A stretch of 64,000 bases of DNA from Dysidea avara (GCF_963678975.1 NC_089278.1:6740531-6804530); one strand, 5' to 3'. Positions 18,701 to 33,000 are shown, counted from the stretch's first letter. Numbers and translations: made by a program. The notes: a model not told the origin generated them from the sequence alone.

Positions 18701-21144
18701 GTGGTAGTATATGTCCTCCCTTATCAGGTGAGTCTATCATAGTGTACATGGCAGAACATTTGAAGAATTTTCAGTTTTTGTTGTATTTCTCTGTGTTAAT
18801 ATTCCTAAGCATAATAATGGTCACCTTATAGCAGTGATTTTTTTTTGAATTTTTTAAATTTCTCGGTGTGGATGTATAATATCTATGTCCTTCTTAAATG
18901 ATTTGGTGTGTGCACTATTAGTGACTGTTGTCACACTCTCCATCAAACAGAATACGTCAACCTTGATATCAGATTGAACTATCCCTTCCTTTCACTATCC
19001 ATTGATTCTGTACTGGAAGTGGTTGGTGCTCTTCTAATGGAACAAAGAATAGTATTTGTGTCCACCATGCAGTTATTTATTTTTATTTTTTAATAATGCT
19101 TTACAGCACAAGTGCTGAAGGTCTGTAGGACACCTGGTCCTACAGCCTGCTCAAAGACTTTAGCTACTTAAGGTGTGTTTGAAAAGTTGGAGAAAGGAGA
19201 AAAAATCCATGACTGGACCTAGGTAGCCTTATACTCTACTAACGTACAACATGGAGGTGTGTTGGTGTATATATGGTGAGAACTAGGTCACATGTGCGTA
19301 CCTCTTGTAGTGTTTCTTACGCTTCATTTCACCGTTCGAATGGTGCAGCACTTATGTCCCAGTGTAATTACCCAGTGAAATGATGGGTCTCCTTGATGCT
19401 CCGGGTAGTTTCCTGTATGGCTGTCACTCTGATTGCATTGATGAAGAGATTTTGTCAACTGTAAATCCCTTCTTAGTTATGTTATTGGTCTCTTTACACC
19501 TGCCTTTCTAGGTGGAAGAGTTGGTGATAGTAAATCTGGACAATGATGAGGTTCGGCAGCTGAATTATGAGAGTAATTTGCCCAAAATGCCACAATCAGT
19601 TTGTGACAATTTCAAGCAAAGGTATGTACATCCCTAGTTCCATCAATATACTTACTATCTCTTCACTCACAGCTACAAGAAGTTGAAGGTTTGGTATGAG
19701 CTGGAGGAGTCTGATCGTCCCATGCCATTACCGGCTGCCTCACTGGTACAACACCGGCATGAATTTGAGCGTCGTTATGACTCCTATCTCTTAGACAGTG
19801 AGCCTTACTCTTGTTGAGCACTAATTTAGAATTTGTGTAGTTTTTCTCAACATGATGGTTGAATTATTTGGTGAAGTTACTTACTATCTTTGTTCGGTAA
19901 GTTGTGTTATTGTAAGTATTGTTAACATGTGAACTGTTGTTATTCAGGGTAACCTTCGCTATGAGGAGAGCCCAACATATCAGTCAGCATGCAAGGAGAC
20001 AAAGGAGTTCTATAAATTGGTAGGTAATTGTCACTCTCTTATTGATCTGACTGTAGTGCCATATATAGTAGAGGTTAGCTTATGGTATAGTATCATGTCT
20101 CTTGTTCCCCACTTTTTAGTGCATGAATTGGTCCCTACTTTGTTTTTTTAGATGTAGACTTTAAATACAGTGGTTTTTTACTTATTTGTAGCAACTGTTT
20201 ATCAGACTGTTGTATTAGGGTGAGTGCTTTATTGGGGTATCTCAATCTTGCAATAGCTGCACATTTGATGCTGAACACACAATGAATCACTAAAAGCTGT
20301 ATATAGTTCAGTGCTTGGCTTTTTGTAGCAAGCCAATCATTGCCACCTGCCTACTATCATTTTGTGCCATGAAAACTAAAAGAAAAGAGTATAAAGGTGC
20401 CATTGACTAATAAGGACCTGTCCCCAAATTTATGAAGTGACTGCAAGAGTGTTATATAGACATATAATTAGTATTGTGATGATGTAAAAATTGTGCTGGA
20501 TAAGAACACTACGAGTATCGGGCTAGGATTTGAGGGAGGACCAAACAAATACTGGGATGTTCATTAAGGATTTGTGTGCGTGCGTGTGTGTGTGTGTATA
20601 TATCATTACTTGAAAAGCGTTATAAAGTGCTGATGGTCCAATGTCACATAGATGTGGCTTGTTAGAATTAGTATTCAATTGTTTACAATAGAGAGTACTT
20701 GGATGCTAAAAATCCATAATCTTTCTGCCCTAATCACTGTTTTTATTTTTTGTATGATGTATTATGGAATTCTGCAGGCATTATCTACCGACTTATTTTC
20801 ACTTCTGCTGCAAAACCGCAATACCAAAACTACCCGAGATTCTTTTACACTAATCTCTGACAAGAAAAGACGGTATGATCGACATCATGTTGACAGTGAA
20901 CATATACTGATCCCCATAGAGACAAGAGAATGTTAGAGATGTGTGACACAACAATAATTGATACAACAGCTGCAGCAACAACAGGAAAGCCCATTAAACA
21001 GAGGTAAGGGAAGCACTGTACTTCTTCTCTCTAATGGATGTGTCCTAGTTTTGTTTACAATATGAAACAGTACTGGTATTGGAAGGTTGTCATAGGTCTT
21101 GGTACTGTATTTTAGTTCACATAACGATTTAAAAAAATAAAATT

Positions 21145-21493
21145 TGTAAGGATTGATGATTATACATGCTACAAAATGTAAGGAAACAAGCTCAAAAATG
21201 ATCCAGCTAAAATGAGAAACGATCCATGCAATAAAAAGCAAGGAAACAAGATTAGATGACTAAGTACTCGCTAAAATGAGACACACTTTATATCCCTACT
21301 TTTGGCTAATTTGATGGTCTCATTTCAAGATGCTAGTTAAAAGTAGGCATTAAAGTGTGTCTCATTTTAGCAAATAGTCATCTAATCTTGTTTCCTTACT
21401 TTTTATTGCATGGATCGTTATCATTTCAGCTGGATCATTTTTGAGCTTGTTTCCTTACTTTTTGTAGCATATATAATTATCATCAATCCCTAC
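21145..21493. mobile_element. Foldback MITE of ~350 bp with ~110-bp inverted arms. It lies within a ~480-bp segment (21131-21612) that is absent from unit 1.
   Basis: The arms are reverse complements with ~95% identity. Copies lie at about 37341-37690 and 53791-54143. Confidence 0.55.
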
Positions 21494-22550
21494 TTCCTTT
21501 TAATCTTTTTAATAGCTAGTTAGTTACTTTTTTATGCCTAAGCAGCCAGCTATATTATAGTCTTTGTTTTCCACATAGTATAAATATCACTTGAAGCAGC
21601 TATCTTTTACCTTCGTACGCAATAAGCACCTCTAAAATAGTTATCGTTTTGTCTTTTTATATGATTACAGCAACTGTTAAAGGCTTCAGCTGCATTTCTA
21701 ATGTCCTAAATGTTGATAATTTAACAGTAAAACATCACTGGAGAGTCCACCATTACGAGTGGAACCCTCGCATTTAGAAATCTGGATCCCGAGGTGAATC
21801 CACCCCTCAAAGGAATTTTTAGCTAGCTACTTCGCAAAAAATCTAAACTGGTAAGACTATAAAACGACTACCCAGCATTAATAAATGTTAGAGACAACTC
21901 CTTGGCTACTACACCTGTTCACCCTCGTCTTACGCACATGTACAATCACGTGTTTGGGTTGTGGCGTATACCACAACTATATTATCCTTTGAGAAGAACA
22001 AAGAAGCAAATTAGTGATGAAAGCAAACAGCATGGTGCAGTGGACAGAATGTAATCGGAACAACAGATTCGTGAATCCACCGTCATTACCTTGGTTGTCT
22101 GAAATTTCTGGAGCCGTACACCTAGTGCAACCGGGTCTTACAGCAGGCAGTCAGGCAGATGAAATCCAGGTGAATTTTGAAATTTTTAAAGCTTTGTTTA
22201 ACCAAGGTACAGCATCATTACAGCAGTACTAGTGTACTCCAGGTGGTTGTTTCGAGTAAAACTTATTGCACGGCTGTTTTTTAACATGCGAACATTTACG
22301 AAGCCATATGATTTCTTAACAATCCCTACTTGTTAGGAACTATTGTACTTAATTATAGTAGTTGGCCCCCAATAGCAACCAGATCACAGCCTTGATTTGG
22401 TGATTTGGCGAAGGCCCAAAGGGCATAAAAATCATGATTATATGAGTGAGATGAGCAAATGTATACTGGTATTTCCTTTAAAAATTGTGTAAATACAGCA
22501 ACTTTGTAGTTCTGTAATAAACTCTAAAAATAGAATATTGCGCGTGCACG

Positions 22551-22635
<85 letters not shown>

Positions 22636-23155
22636 CATCCTATAAATATTTCATGAGGATTAAATCATCACTTTGAACTTTGTCTGCTTCAAATAAAGGA
22701 CCCATGGCCACTTAGTGATGTACATACGCCTGTAGAACAATGTAACACATTTCAAGGAGGGAGGGCTTTGAGTTGGGAAGTGTTGCATCATTTTACCAAT
22801 ACAAATCGTTCTAGACTCACAGCTCCAACCGGAATGTTTTTTGACTAATGTAGTCCCTTCTTCAGTGCTGCCGAAGTGGACGCTTCTCTGACTGAGTGAA
22901 CCTTCATCAGCGTCCACTCCTGCCTCCTTCTTTTAGTACTTTGCCCAGTGTGGTAGCCATTGTCACTGGTTTGTGGGGTTTCACATATGATAGAAACAGT
23001 AAGGCTGGTTATTTCTGGTTATGTCTCATACTATTTCAAATATTGTACTACACATAATTCATCTCCTGAGAAGCTAGAAGAAAAGAACATTCCTTTTAAG
23101 CCAGTTGCCTCTTCTTGGTTAGGGAGGCCAACCACTGGAATTAATAACTTATATA

Positions 23156-24280
23156 GATGAATAAAGAATTGGAAATTTTAAAATGGGAATAGGGATCGCT
23201 GAAAAAAGCCACAAAACAAGAAGGGATCACTGGGGTGGTAATGTAAACCACAAATCCCTATTTTGACTCTGTCATAAATCTTTACTTACATGCTCTGTCA
23301 TTTTGAGGTGAGTCAAAATAGGGATTTGTGGTTTACATTACCACCCCAGTGATCCCTTCTTGTTTTGTGGCTTTTTTCAGCGATCCCTATTCCCATTTTA
23401 AAATTTCCAATTTTTATTCGTTCATCTAGTTTGTGTACTTTTTATTAATTCAGTAATGGATTATGAAGAAGACTGTCGTGAATTGTGTAATTTTGCATTC
23501 TGCATAGTAACACCGTCAACATTTCAGTACACACATGAAACTGATCAAATTGCAATGTGCATACAGACTGAGAGTCTCCCAATATGAGCTACAATTCACA
23601 TTACTGGTGCCTTTAATAGCTGTCAAATTCAGTGCAAGGATTGTTGTTATATACTTGACTGCATTATTAGAGTATTTACATGACTGCTCTATTAGAGTAT
23701 TTAATATGGATAACCCGCCCACGTACAATAATCACAGAGCGAAAAAAAACTACCTTGCAACAAAGTCATCAGCCAAGATTAAGCTTCCTGGCCTGTACTG
23801 AGTTTAATAAAGACAGATTCTATTAGCCACAAGTAGCGCACACCAAAAAACTTAACTTTGAGTGCTATCTTGTATGGCTTCTCTAGCGTATTGGCATTTT
23901 GGCAAGAAGAAACGGCCCGGTGTTGGGCTGTTTCCATCCGAAAACTAAATTAAAAATAGGTCATGGACACACACAATGATCCATTCAGCAAGCCTTGCTA
24001 CTTTTTATCCCAGGATTCTCCTTGTAAACTTTGCTATGCCTGTGAAAGAATAATAATAATATGAACAAACTGGTAAATTGCAGTGTTGTCTGAAATACAC
24101 ATACTGTTTCCTTTTCACTTGATACTTACTAGTGGACCAATACTCATTGCAAAGAACCACTGGAGGGTTGTTTTGAGTAGAAGGATGCTTTTCAAGGTGG
24201 TTTTAAAGTGTGCGTTCTATTAGGATTTTTGCAAAAAACATTGGCAATCCCTATTATGAACCCACTATCATGGTTCATGA
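23156..24280. mobile_element. Insertion of ~1.1 kb flanked by a TA duplication. It begins with a 271-bp perfect foldback at 23156-23426. It is present in units 2 and 3 only.
   Basis: The empty site CTTATATATTATGGCAAAT is present in units 1 and 4 (7880, 55745). A copy lies at 39352-40476. Confidence 0.55.
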
Positions 24281-26399
24281 TATTATGGCAAATTTGGTGT
24301 TCCACAATCTACAGAAGTAGTGTACTAACTGCATTGGTTGCCTTCCACTTTGCATAGTAGCGGCGAGCTGTTCCTTGCTTGAAGTTACAGTAGCCACAGC
24401 TATTGATCTGTAGTGTAGGCTGTTTTTGGAGTGTGTACTACAGTATTTATAGCAACAAAACCAGCTGGGGTTAACAGAATGGTTGTTATCTCAATAGGTC
24501 AGAAGAACAAGACACACCAAAGGCTCCGTCGTCACTTGCCAGACTTTATTCACAACAGCCACTTAACAGTCCTAAGGAATCTTCTGATACTTTGCACATG
24601 ACTAAAAGAACATCTTCACCTATACCACCACTACTGCCAGAGCAGCCAAAACGTCTTTTGCCACACTCAACATCTGGGTCTGACCTGGAGACAGCAGCCG
24701 ACAGTCTAGCAGCTTTATGCTCATGTGATCCTAGCACTTATTGTAGGGTTAAACTTGCATTACTAAGGGATGAAGGTACTCATTGTATAGTGGGCCTGGG
24801 TTGTGAGCAGCTTTTGATAATTGCAAGTCAATCCCTTAACACATGTAACAAAAATTTGAAGGCAGTCTTGTACAAGTTGTGTGTATTATTAGAGTATTTA
24901 TGTATTCATTGCAAATGGTGAAGATACCAAATAAATATCTTGACATTGTTGTTGTTGTTGTTGTTGTTTGTTTTTAATGAGAATGGCTCAATACTTTTAC
25001 AACACGTGTATATATTCCTACCATGCTAATAATTTGGCCACAACAGTCATGTGTTCATGAAAGCTTTTCTTGATGGTGTGTCACTTCATCCTTTTATAGT
25101 TTCTCCAGAAGAAGTTTTTGCAGACTTAATTGCACAGTTGACAGAAGTAATAACAGTAAGAACAGTTGTGAGGTGCACATTCTAGAGAAGCAAATCCAAC
25201 TGTATGTCTCATATTGCGGGTGAGGTTCAAATGGCCTACACCTTCATTCATACAGCCTCCTGTGGGATAGTAGTTTTGTGAATTTGCTAGTATTGACTCA
25301 TGGCTCCTGAATAGGTGGTTTAATGTTCCACCGGGTAGGCTTGACTGTGTATACATGAGCCGAAGGCTTTATGTGCGTAATACTGTGTATATGTGTGTAG
25401 TACACATATCATAGATGACAACATGTTAATGGTGATGTTTATTGTGTAATGTAGGAGAGTGCTACCACAAAAGGCAAGATGGCCCCAGCTCTCTACCTCA
25501 GAGCTTGTGTATATATTGCTACAGGACAGCATCACAAGGTGAGAAGAAGATTAGCTGCTTTGTACATTTCTTGTGTGATTTAGGGATTTTATGACTTTGC
25601 TACATTGGATAAGCACAGTGTCCAATTGATGCCAAACCAAAGGTGTATGTGCATGTGTACACAAACTGTATAGCGGGTTTTTCTCGTGGACAAATTTACT
25701 TGTGAAAATAAAATCATGCGACATTACTTAATTTCGCAAGGTGACAGATTTGCAACATTAAATTCCTCGAGCAAATTTATTACTCGTTGTAATAAGTGTT
25801 TACGTATAAGATGGAAAACAATGAAATTTGTCATGTTAGCCGTGTTTCTTGTATCTATGCTTGTGTCCATGATGAATTTATGCAGGCACCTGAAATTCAC
25901 CAGGAAACGGATAGGGCGGCCATGTTGGGTTTGCTGAAGAATACGATCCCGGGATTGCTTAATTCAGGATTGATTTCCGGATTCCTGTAGAATGTGATCC
26001 CATAACTATTTACTGAAGAATACGATCCCAAGAGTTTCCTGAAGAATATGATCCTGACGTAGGCATGCATTCTGCACGCTTTCGTGCATAATTTTTAATT
26101 CATTGTTTTCGATAGCTCCACCAAAATGCCCCAGACTTGCATTGATCCTTGTGTCCTACTTATATAACTACCATTTTAGCTAAAGCTATGGATAATTGAT
26201 AAAACACGATCATGAGATTTTACCCCCTTGATAAGTGTATATTTCTTTGATTTATAAATTGTTGTTATTTGATTGGTTGAATGATGGAAATACATAAAAG
26301 TTACACAGTATATACATGTAGTGGCAATCTCTGATATGGTAGTCAAAGACTTAATTACGGTAGGTCATGGTAGAGGGTATCTTTTGGTGATATGACCAA

Positions 26400-27283
26400 T
26401 CATGCTATCATATATGTCCTTCCAAATCTCTCCCTCCACATAAATTCATCAAGATATTCCAGGAGATGGTCGTCACATGTTCCATGCATCCTCTTCAACT
26501 TGGCTTTTGCTCTTGACCAGTAACTCTCTATATGCTGGGTATGAGTCCCTGTAATGGGATCAACAAAGTGAAGACTGTGGTTAACTGATGAATGGGTATA
26601 GCCTACGAGACTAAGCTGCCCATTCATCTGAATGTACCACTGTCCCTGGATGCACGTATTGTTGTATGATAGGAAGAAGAGTAGCTGGATTTCTTTGAGC
26701 CACTAATTGCATGTATCCTGTTGCTGGACGAGTTGAAATATCACACCCATTGTCAGTTTGGAGATCTTCTTCCTCTATGGTTCAATGTATAAATACAGCA
26801 AATAATATACTGTCAATGATAAGTATCATAGCAAAACCTAGCTTTTGGCTTACGTTTGTACAATGGCTCTTCAACTTGCACAGTTCAACCTGGATAGTTG
26901 GTCTCTTTAACAACTTTCAAGAACAGATATCTCTCAGAAAACTGCAGCAATCGATGATGGTATTCTGATTGATGCCAGTAGTTTTGATTATCTGCTTTTG
27001 TGAAGCATCTGGTGACCACAAGAAAAATAATGTGGAGCCAAATCCGGGAAGCTGGACTGTAATCCCCCTTTGTAGAATTGTACAGACAACAACATGAACA
27101 GTATTTAAATTTCATACTATGGATTGTCATAGTATCCATGGATACCGCGGATACTCTGACAGAGGGTACCACGGATACTCTGACAGAGAGGGTACAACTC
27201 TTATCCGACATGTTGGAATAAAAAATAGCCCTAATATCACAGATGCTACCAGTGCTATGGAAGCCCACAATTACTTGAAACAT
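26400..27283 (-). pseudogene. Degenerate Merlin/IS1595-like transposase of unit 2.
   Basis: ORFs 26400..26627 and 26885..27283. The ISXO2-like motifs are present. Confidence 0.6.
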
Positions 27284-27639
27284 AGATGTATGGGGGGGGG
27301 GTGTCTATTATCTATGCTTGAAATATGAGTGATTGTTTCTATGGTAGCATCTCTGTTTCAGTTGAACGCCGCACCTGTGACATGGGACATACCGGTAGTC
27401 AGTCTAATTATAGTATCCTCCATATAAGGATCTTGAAAAATGGGTAACATTGGTAATAAATGTTCGTTACCATGGAAATCACATCCCTATAAATAGAATT
27501 AATTGAGCCAAAATATCAAGCGGGCCAGCCTCGTGGTGTTGGGAGCGAGTGTTTGTGTATCTCGGTGTTTTTGTGAGTCAGTGTGCGTGTGGTCGAGATT
27601 TTCATGTGGCTGGTGTTCGAGTAGTTCATTACTGACGAC

Positions 27640-28962
27640 ATGGCTGAATATATGAGTTTTTTACCATCAGGCAAGTCATCACATATGCCTCTGAGTGACT
27701 ACCGATTGCTGGAAGAAAAGCCTATGCAGCATCCGTTCCATTCTGAATTGATGAAAAAGTATAAGACTATAGTAAGCTTGGAAACTTTAGGTAGTATAAA
27801 GGAATATAATCTTATACAAATGGCAGCGGAAGTAGGTATTAACATTCCCTCACGTGATAATAATAAGGCAGCAGAAGAAATTTTACGGGAATGTATTCGT
27901 GGTCATAGCTACAAAACAGGCTCTACTTTAAAGATCAAAGGAAGGTCTATCGGTGAACTCCAGCGATGTTACTGTGATCCATATAAGAACATGGGAGATG
28001 CTTCAGTCACTGATCAAAATGATTCAGATGTTGTATATGTAGAAGTCCATTCTGATACCTTTGTTCACACCGCGAGGAAGACAGTTCTTTTACTTTTTCA
28101 TTATATACGCTTGCTTAAATGTTTCGGTGTTACGTGCCCAAAAGTGCATGCCTTTGTGTTCCCTTGCAAAGAAGTCGAACAATGTGCTGTCCAGGTAACA
28201 ATGCAGTATGACTCTAGCAAGGTAGAGTTTTGTTATTCTGTTAAGTGTCTACGACTATCAGACATAAGATCAGCATTACAAGGTGCCTATGAGCAAAACG
28301 AAGAAACACTCTCAAATACTGCTAGAACTATTTCTGACAACTACAATCATTATGCTGTTTATCTTACCCAGTTAGAAGTAAATGCCATTGCAGCAAATCA
28401 AGGTCATGAATACACAAATTGTCGACTAGCCAAATGCTATAATGGAATTTTGATAATGACTGATCGTTATTGTTTGAAAAAGCCACTGTATAAGATCTCA
28501 GTAAGCAATCTGATGCTTTTATGTTGGATAACAAATTCATCCTTCATTCATTATACCAGAAAAGAGTTGGGCTTTTTTTCATATGAAAAATTACCTTATG
28601 GACCATTAACTGACAACCAGGCAAAATCCTGTTGTGCTGAGCTTGTGACAAAAATGGAAAATGTGTTTAATAGCCTTGAAAGTGAAGGTATTTGCCACTC
28701 TGATGTGCGTCTGCCCAACATTTGTTTCAATGATACTTACACTCCAGTATTAATAGATTTTGACTTTTGCGATTTTCAAGCTAATAAAAAACAAGATATC
28801 ATAAAATTTGGTTCTGAACTATTGAGATTGTTTCCAGGGGAAGCTGATGATGAATTCATTAAACAACTTGCACAAGGTGACTTTAATCAAAGTCTCTTGG
28901 CTGGATCAATCATCCAAAGAGGACATATTACTATAGAACAAGTGATTGGAGATCGTATGTAA
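27640..28962 (+). CDS. The 440-aa kinase-like ORF of unit 2, intact.
   Basis: From the ORF track. Confidence 0.5.
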   Translation: MAEYMSFLPSGKSSHMPLSDYRLLEEKPMQHPFHSELMKKYKTIVSLETLGSIKEYNLIQMAAEVGINIPSRDNNKAAEEILRECIRGHSYKTGSTLKIKGRSIGELQRCYCDPYKNMGDASVTDQNDSDVVYVEVHSDTFVHTARKTVLLLFHYIRLLKCFGVTCPKVHAFVFPCKEVEQCAVQVTMQYDSSKVEFCYSVKCLRLSDIRSALQGAYEQNEETLSNTARTISDNYNHYAVYLTQLEVNAIAANQGHEYTNCRLAKCYNGILIMTDRYCLKKPLYKISVSNLMLLCWITNSSFIHYTRKELGFFSYEKLPYGPLTDNQAKSCCAELVTKMENVFNSLESEGICHSDVRLPNICFNDTYTPVLIDFDFCDFQANKKQDIIKFGSELLRLFPGEADDEFIKQLAQGDFNQSLLAGSIIQRGHITIEQVIGDRM

Positions 28963-30064
28963 CTTTTAGGTAGATTATTTAAAAACTTCTTAAACACCTG
29001 TATTTCTTCTTTGTACTGTGACAATAGTTCTTTAATTGTTGCTTGTAAACTACAAATGGCAAAAAACATGTAATCTGATATAAGTATGTGATATGGGAGA
29101 AGCCTTATTGTTTTAGTTATTTTTCTAGTATTTGCCTGACATGTCAGAAATGGGTAGTAATGCTGATTGCAACATGTGGGATAAGAGCTGTATTATGAGA
29201 ATCAATTGTGGGTTTTAGTTTATGTATCAAAGCTCTTCAATATATCCCTGATATGTCAGGCAAACTTTACTTACTTACAACAAGCTGGCCACAATGCAAG
29301 GTAAATATTGTACATTAATATGTTAGTTGTAAAGCTTTGCATTTCCATGAAATTAACACTTTAGATCCTCTCTGACATGTTGGAATGAGTCCATAAATTA
29401 TCAGAATCTAAATCTAGATGTCAAACATTAAAAAGGTGTAGCTATCAACGAAGAAAGCTAAATTCAACCACGAATATTGGCAAGAGTGATTTGTCGAACC
29501 ACATTAGTAGAACTGTATGTATAAGAAAACAACATCGATATGAACATGAAGACTGACGCTTCTCACTTCCCCCAGCAAAAAAAAAATTCTTCAGGGAACT
29601 CTTGGGATTGTATTCTTCAGTAAAGAGTTATGGGATCACATTCTACAGGAATCCGGAAATCAATCCTGAATTAAGTGATCCCAGGATCGCATTCTTCAGC
29701 AAACCCCAACTGGCTAGCTGTTATGTACATAAACAAGCACCTAGTTCGTTGTTGAATGTTCCAACACAACAGTTTTACAGGGGCTAAAAACCTAGCAATA
29801 AACAAAACTCCACGTGATAAAATATGTTGTGAATTTTAATATTGCGAAGTGCCCAAAATGCAAGATTAAGCCCTCACGATAAAAACCTGCTATACGGTAT
29901 ATTGCGTGTATGTGTTGTGAGAGGAGATGGGGATGGGGGGAGGTGGGTTAGTGCGTGTTGTATAGTTTTGTTGTGTGTAGTGTGTCATATCACATAACTG
30001 TAGAACTCTTTCAGTAGTTTAGATAAAAGTTTACTGGTTACTGTGCAGGACATTAGAATCAATC

Positions 30065-33000
30065 ATGGCGCCACTACCAAAAGACGTGATCGCTGGACTG
30101 AAGGGTCAGCCATTCTGGCCATTGTTCACTCGTCGTCTGAGAGTAAGGCACTTCTCTTGTGCAGAACAAGTGTTGACATTATTGTCTGCAGGAATACAGT
30201 CGTCAGTCAAGTTACCGAGTGACAGAGTATGCCACTGTGTGATAGTGTGATTGTTCCTAGTTACGTGTGCTGTGCAATACCTGTATTAGGGAAAGGATTG
30301 TTGGTAATATGTTTGTTGTACCAGCTGAATGTATGCTATTGGGTATCCAGAACTTGTGCAATATCCAATTAACATGCCAATGAAAATATCTTAAAATCTG
30401 ATATTCGAAGGATAGGAATAGTTGCATGCAAAATAATGTATTAGGTATGGGGTCTTAGTTATTGATTCCAAAAATAACTTTCTAAGTTGGGGGGGGGGGG
30501 GGGGGGGTATTCAATGGGAACATTTCTGTATTGGGGGTTACAAGTAGCTTTATCATATCGGTGGCATTGTGATGAGGCTGACATGTCACGTATCCTTGTC
30601 TATGGTGTTCATGTATTTTACGTAGTCTGAGACACAAACTACCCACCAAGCCGCTACGAAATGAATTATTTTTGAGGACGATGCAGAAGAATAACATCAT
30701 ATCTGACGGTGATTCAGCTGGTCGACTGTACGAACTATTGACAGACAACAAACCAGGCAAGCCATAGTAAGGTAGTGACCACCCTGATGTGTTGTGTGCA
30801 GTAGCTGTGTCAGTAGAAGACCTAGAGTCATTTTATGAGTCATGGAGAAGTGTGACAGACGATAACCAGAGCACAGATTTGCATACAGAACTTCTACAGA
30901 TGGAGATCATGGGCTTCAAACATTCAGAGGTGTGTCACAGAGTTTATCACATTGTATTGTTTTAACGTATTATCAACAGAAAGTACTCGCTACTGTGACA
31001 TCGTCGCAACTCAAGACTTCCTTTGGATCAGGTCATGTGATCCTGACAACTTGCAGGTGTGACATCATCTCCGCTACAGTGTGTCTGTGACATACTGTGT
31101 TCAAATATGTAAAGTATTGTAGCACTTCAACTATTCTGTAAATATTTTGTTACCTCTAACTTATATGTCTCTTTACTACTATACTTTTGTCAGATTATTA
31201 CTGCGGAACAGTTTAAAGATTTCCACAATCTGTGACCTCACTAGTAACGTAAAAGTTGAAAGACACGAAGACATCAACGTTTTGGGGGTTGGACAGCCAA
31301 TGATCACATTTGGGACAGAGGCAGGTACATCATCAACATCAAGTATAAAGTCGCAAGCATCATCAATTACGAAGTCGCAAGCAATATCAAGTATGAAGTC
31401 ACAGGTTGTATTAGTGTTATAAGCTAACTTGTTAACAGGTACCAGACATCATCTGTCAGCTCCACGTTTTCCTAGAGCCACCATGCAGGCGTATTAAGCA
31501 GCCATACATTCTCTTCCATAATAAGTCCACCAGGGAAATATGGCTGAAGATGATCAAAGAAATGGAAACTGGTTTACTAATGGCTAAAAGTTAGCTAGCA
31601 CTATTGATGGTATATAATGTCATTTGAGCTGTGTAGCAAAGAAAGATGCAAATATTATTCAACAAGCTGAGACGAACATCATCGTTCTTAATGCCATCCT
31701 AAATTCTAATCTTAACTGCAAAGATGTTGTGAAGAAGTCTCCCAACGTAAGCTAAGGTGTCAATAGGGTGGTGCTCATGTGTTGTTACTGTAGAAATTAC
31801 TATATTACTGCACTAAAGATGTGGCATCAGGCTCTCAGCCTAATGTAGCCATAGAGAAGTCTCTGATTGTACGTATTAATCCTTCAATTAATCAGACTTC
31901 TAAAGCCACTATCGAATGTTCACTGTATGTTCCACCAGGTGAGACAATATGGTATATCCATTGAGCCGCTAATTGTGTTGTGTGTGTAGATAATGGTAGT
32001 AGCACGTACAGGAGGAAGATTGTGGCTTGGATTGGTGAGCATTATCTGGAATACTATCCATTCCCATGTTAACAATGATATATTACAGGGTACAGGCTTG
32101 TTGAGGGTATATGACATGGATCACTACTACTTGGAGAGTGACACTAAAATAACAGATGACAAGTACTAGCTCGACTGGTATATGATGTACAACTTGCAAT
32201 TGTTGTGCTCATTAATTTTGCCTTTTGTCAGTCTTCATTCCTTCTTGTCGACAACTTTGTGTGGGCAGGCTCTCTCAACCGAACCATATATATACTAGAC
32301 TCTGACACCAGCACAGGTGTGTGAATTTGTTTCAATTTGTTTCCACTCACCAGTATGAAAATATTTATGGTGTTTGTTTTGTAATGTGTGCCTGCATGCA
32401 TGTGGTAAATCAGCACTTAATTCTTGTATAGTGGTGTCAAAATTAAGCAATTTGGAAGATGATCCAAGTGTTCTTGCATTAGGAAAATTGGAACACCAAA
32501 AGTATGCAGAGATATTGTATTACATGTTCTCATCATGTGTTTTACTCTCAGGGTGGTGTGGTCCCTTCTCATTCAAGGATTGCTGATCGCATGGAACCCA
32601 TTGACAAGAGAAAGAGAATTAACAGTTAGTAGAATAGTTAAAAGTGTATATTGTGTAGTACTAGAGCACATAACAGATAGCACTACCTGTCAGCAACTTA
32701 CCCAAGAGTCATCCGTTCATCTGTTATTCCATGGCTGTTCTGGAGGATCATCTGTGGATTGATGAGACAATAAGCATTTACTACAAGTTGTGCAGGCACC
32801 AATTTGGACATGATGTTAGTGTTAAGGATTGAGAATGACAAGAAGTGGTCAGTAGTTAAGGAAGTCAGTGTTGGGAATACCGGCAAGAATGAGAGCCAAG
32901 TAAAGTGTGTGGCAGTCTCTAATAATGGACTGGTCAGTTGCCACACAGTGAAGCGTTGTGTCATTTGAGCCCCACCCCCCAGATTTGGTGCAGCACTAAA

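Larger units (their letters stand above)
17842..25538 (+). pseudogene. DENN-domain gene copy of unit 2, probably inactivated. It lacks the X-segment uDENN exons. Its exon at about 18261 is split by a 426-bp TIR element. Its intron at 24777-24791 is shrunk to 15 bp.
   Basis: Exon-by-exon comparison with unit 1. Confidence 0.45.
25924..29714. mobile_element. Inverted-repeat-bounded cassette of unit 2, carrying the transposase remnant and the 440-aa ORF.
   Basis: Homolog of 9561-13528. Confidence 0.5.

Noticed and set aside
21740-21790. A 28-bp extra segment (agagtccaccattacgagtggaaccctc) in units 2 to 4 that looked tRNA or hairpin-like.
   Set aside because: Checked by eye, it is not a true palindrome and has no cloverleaf. 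It is a simple indel.
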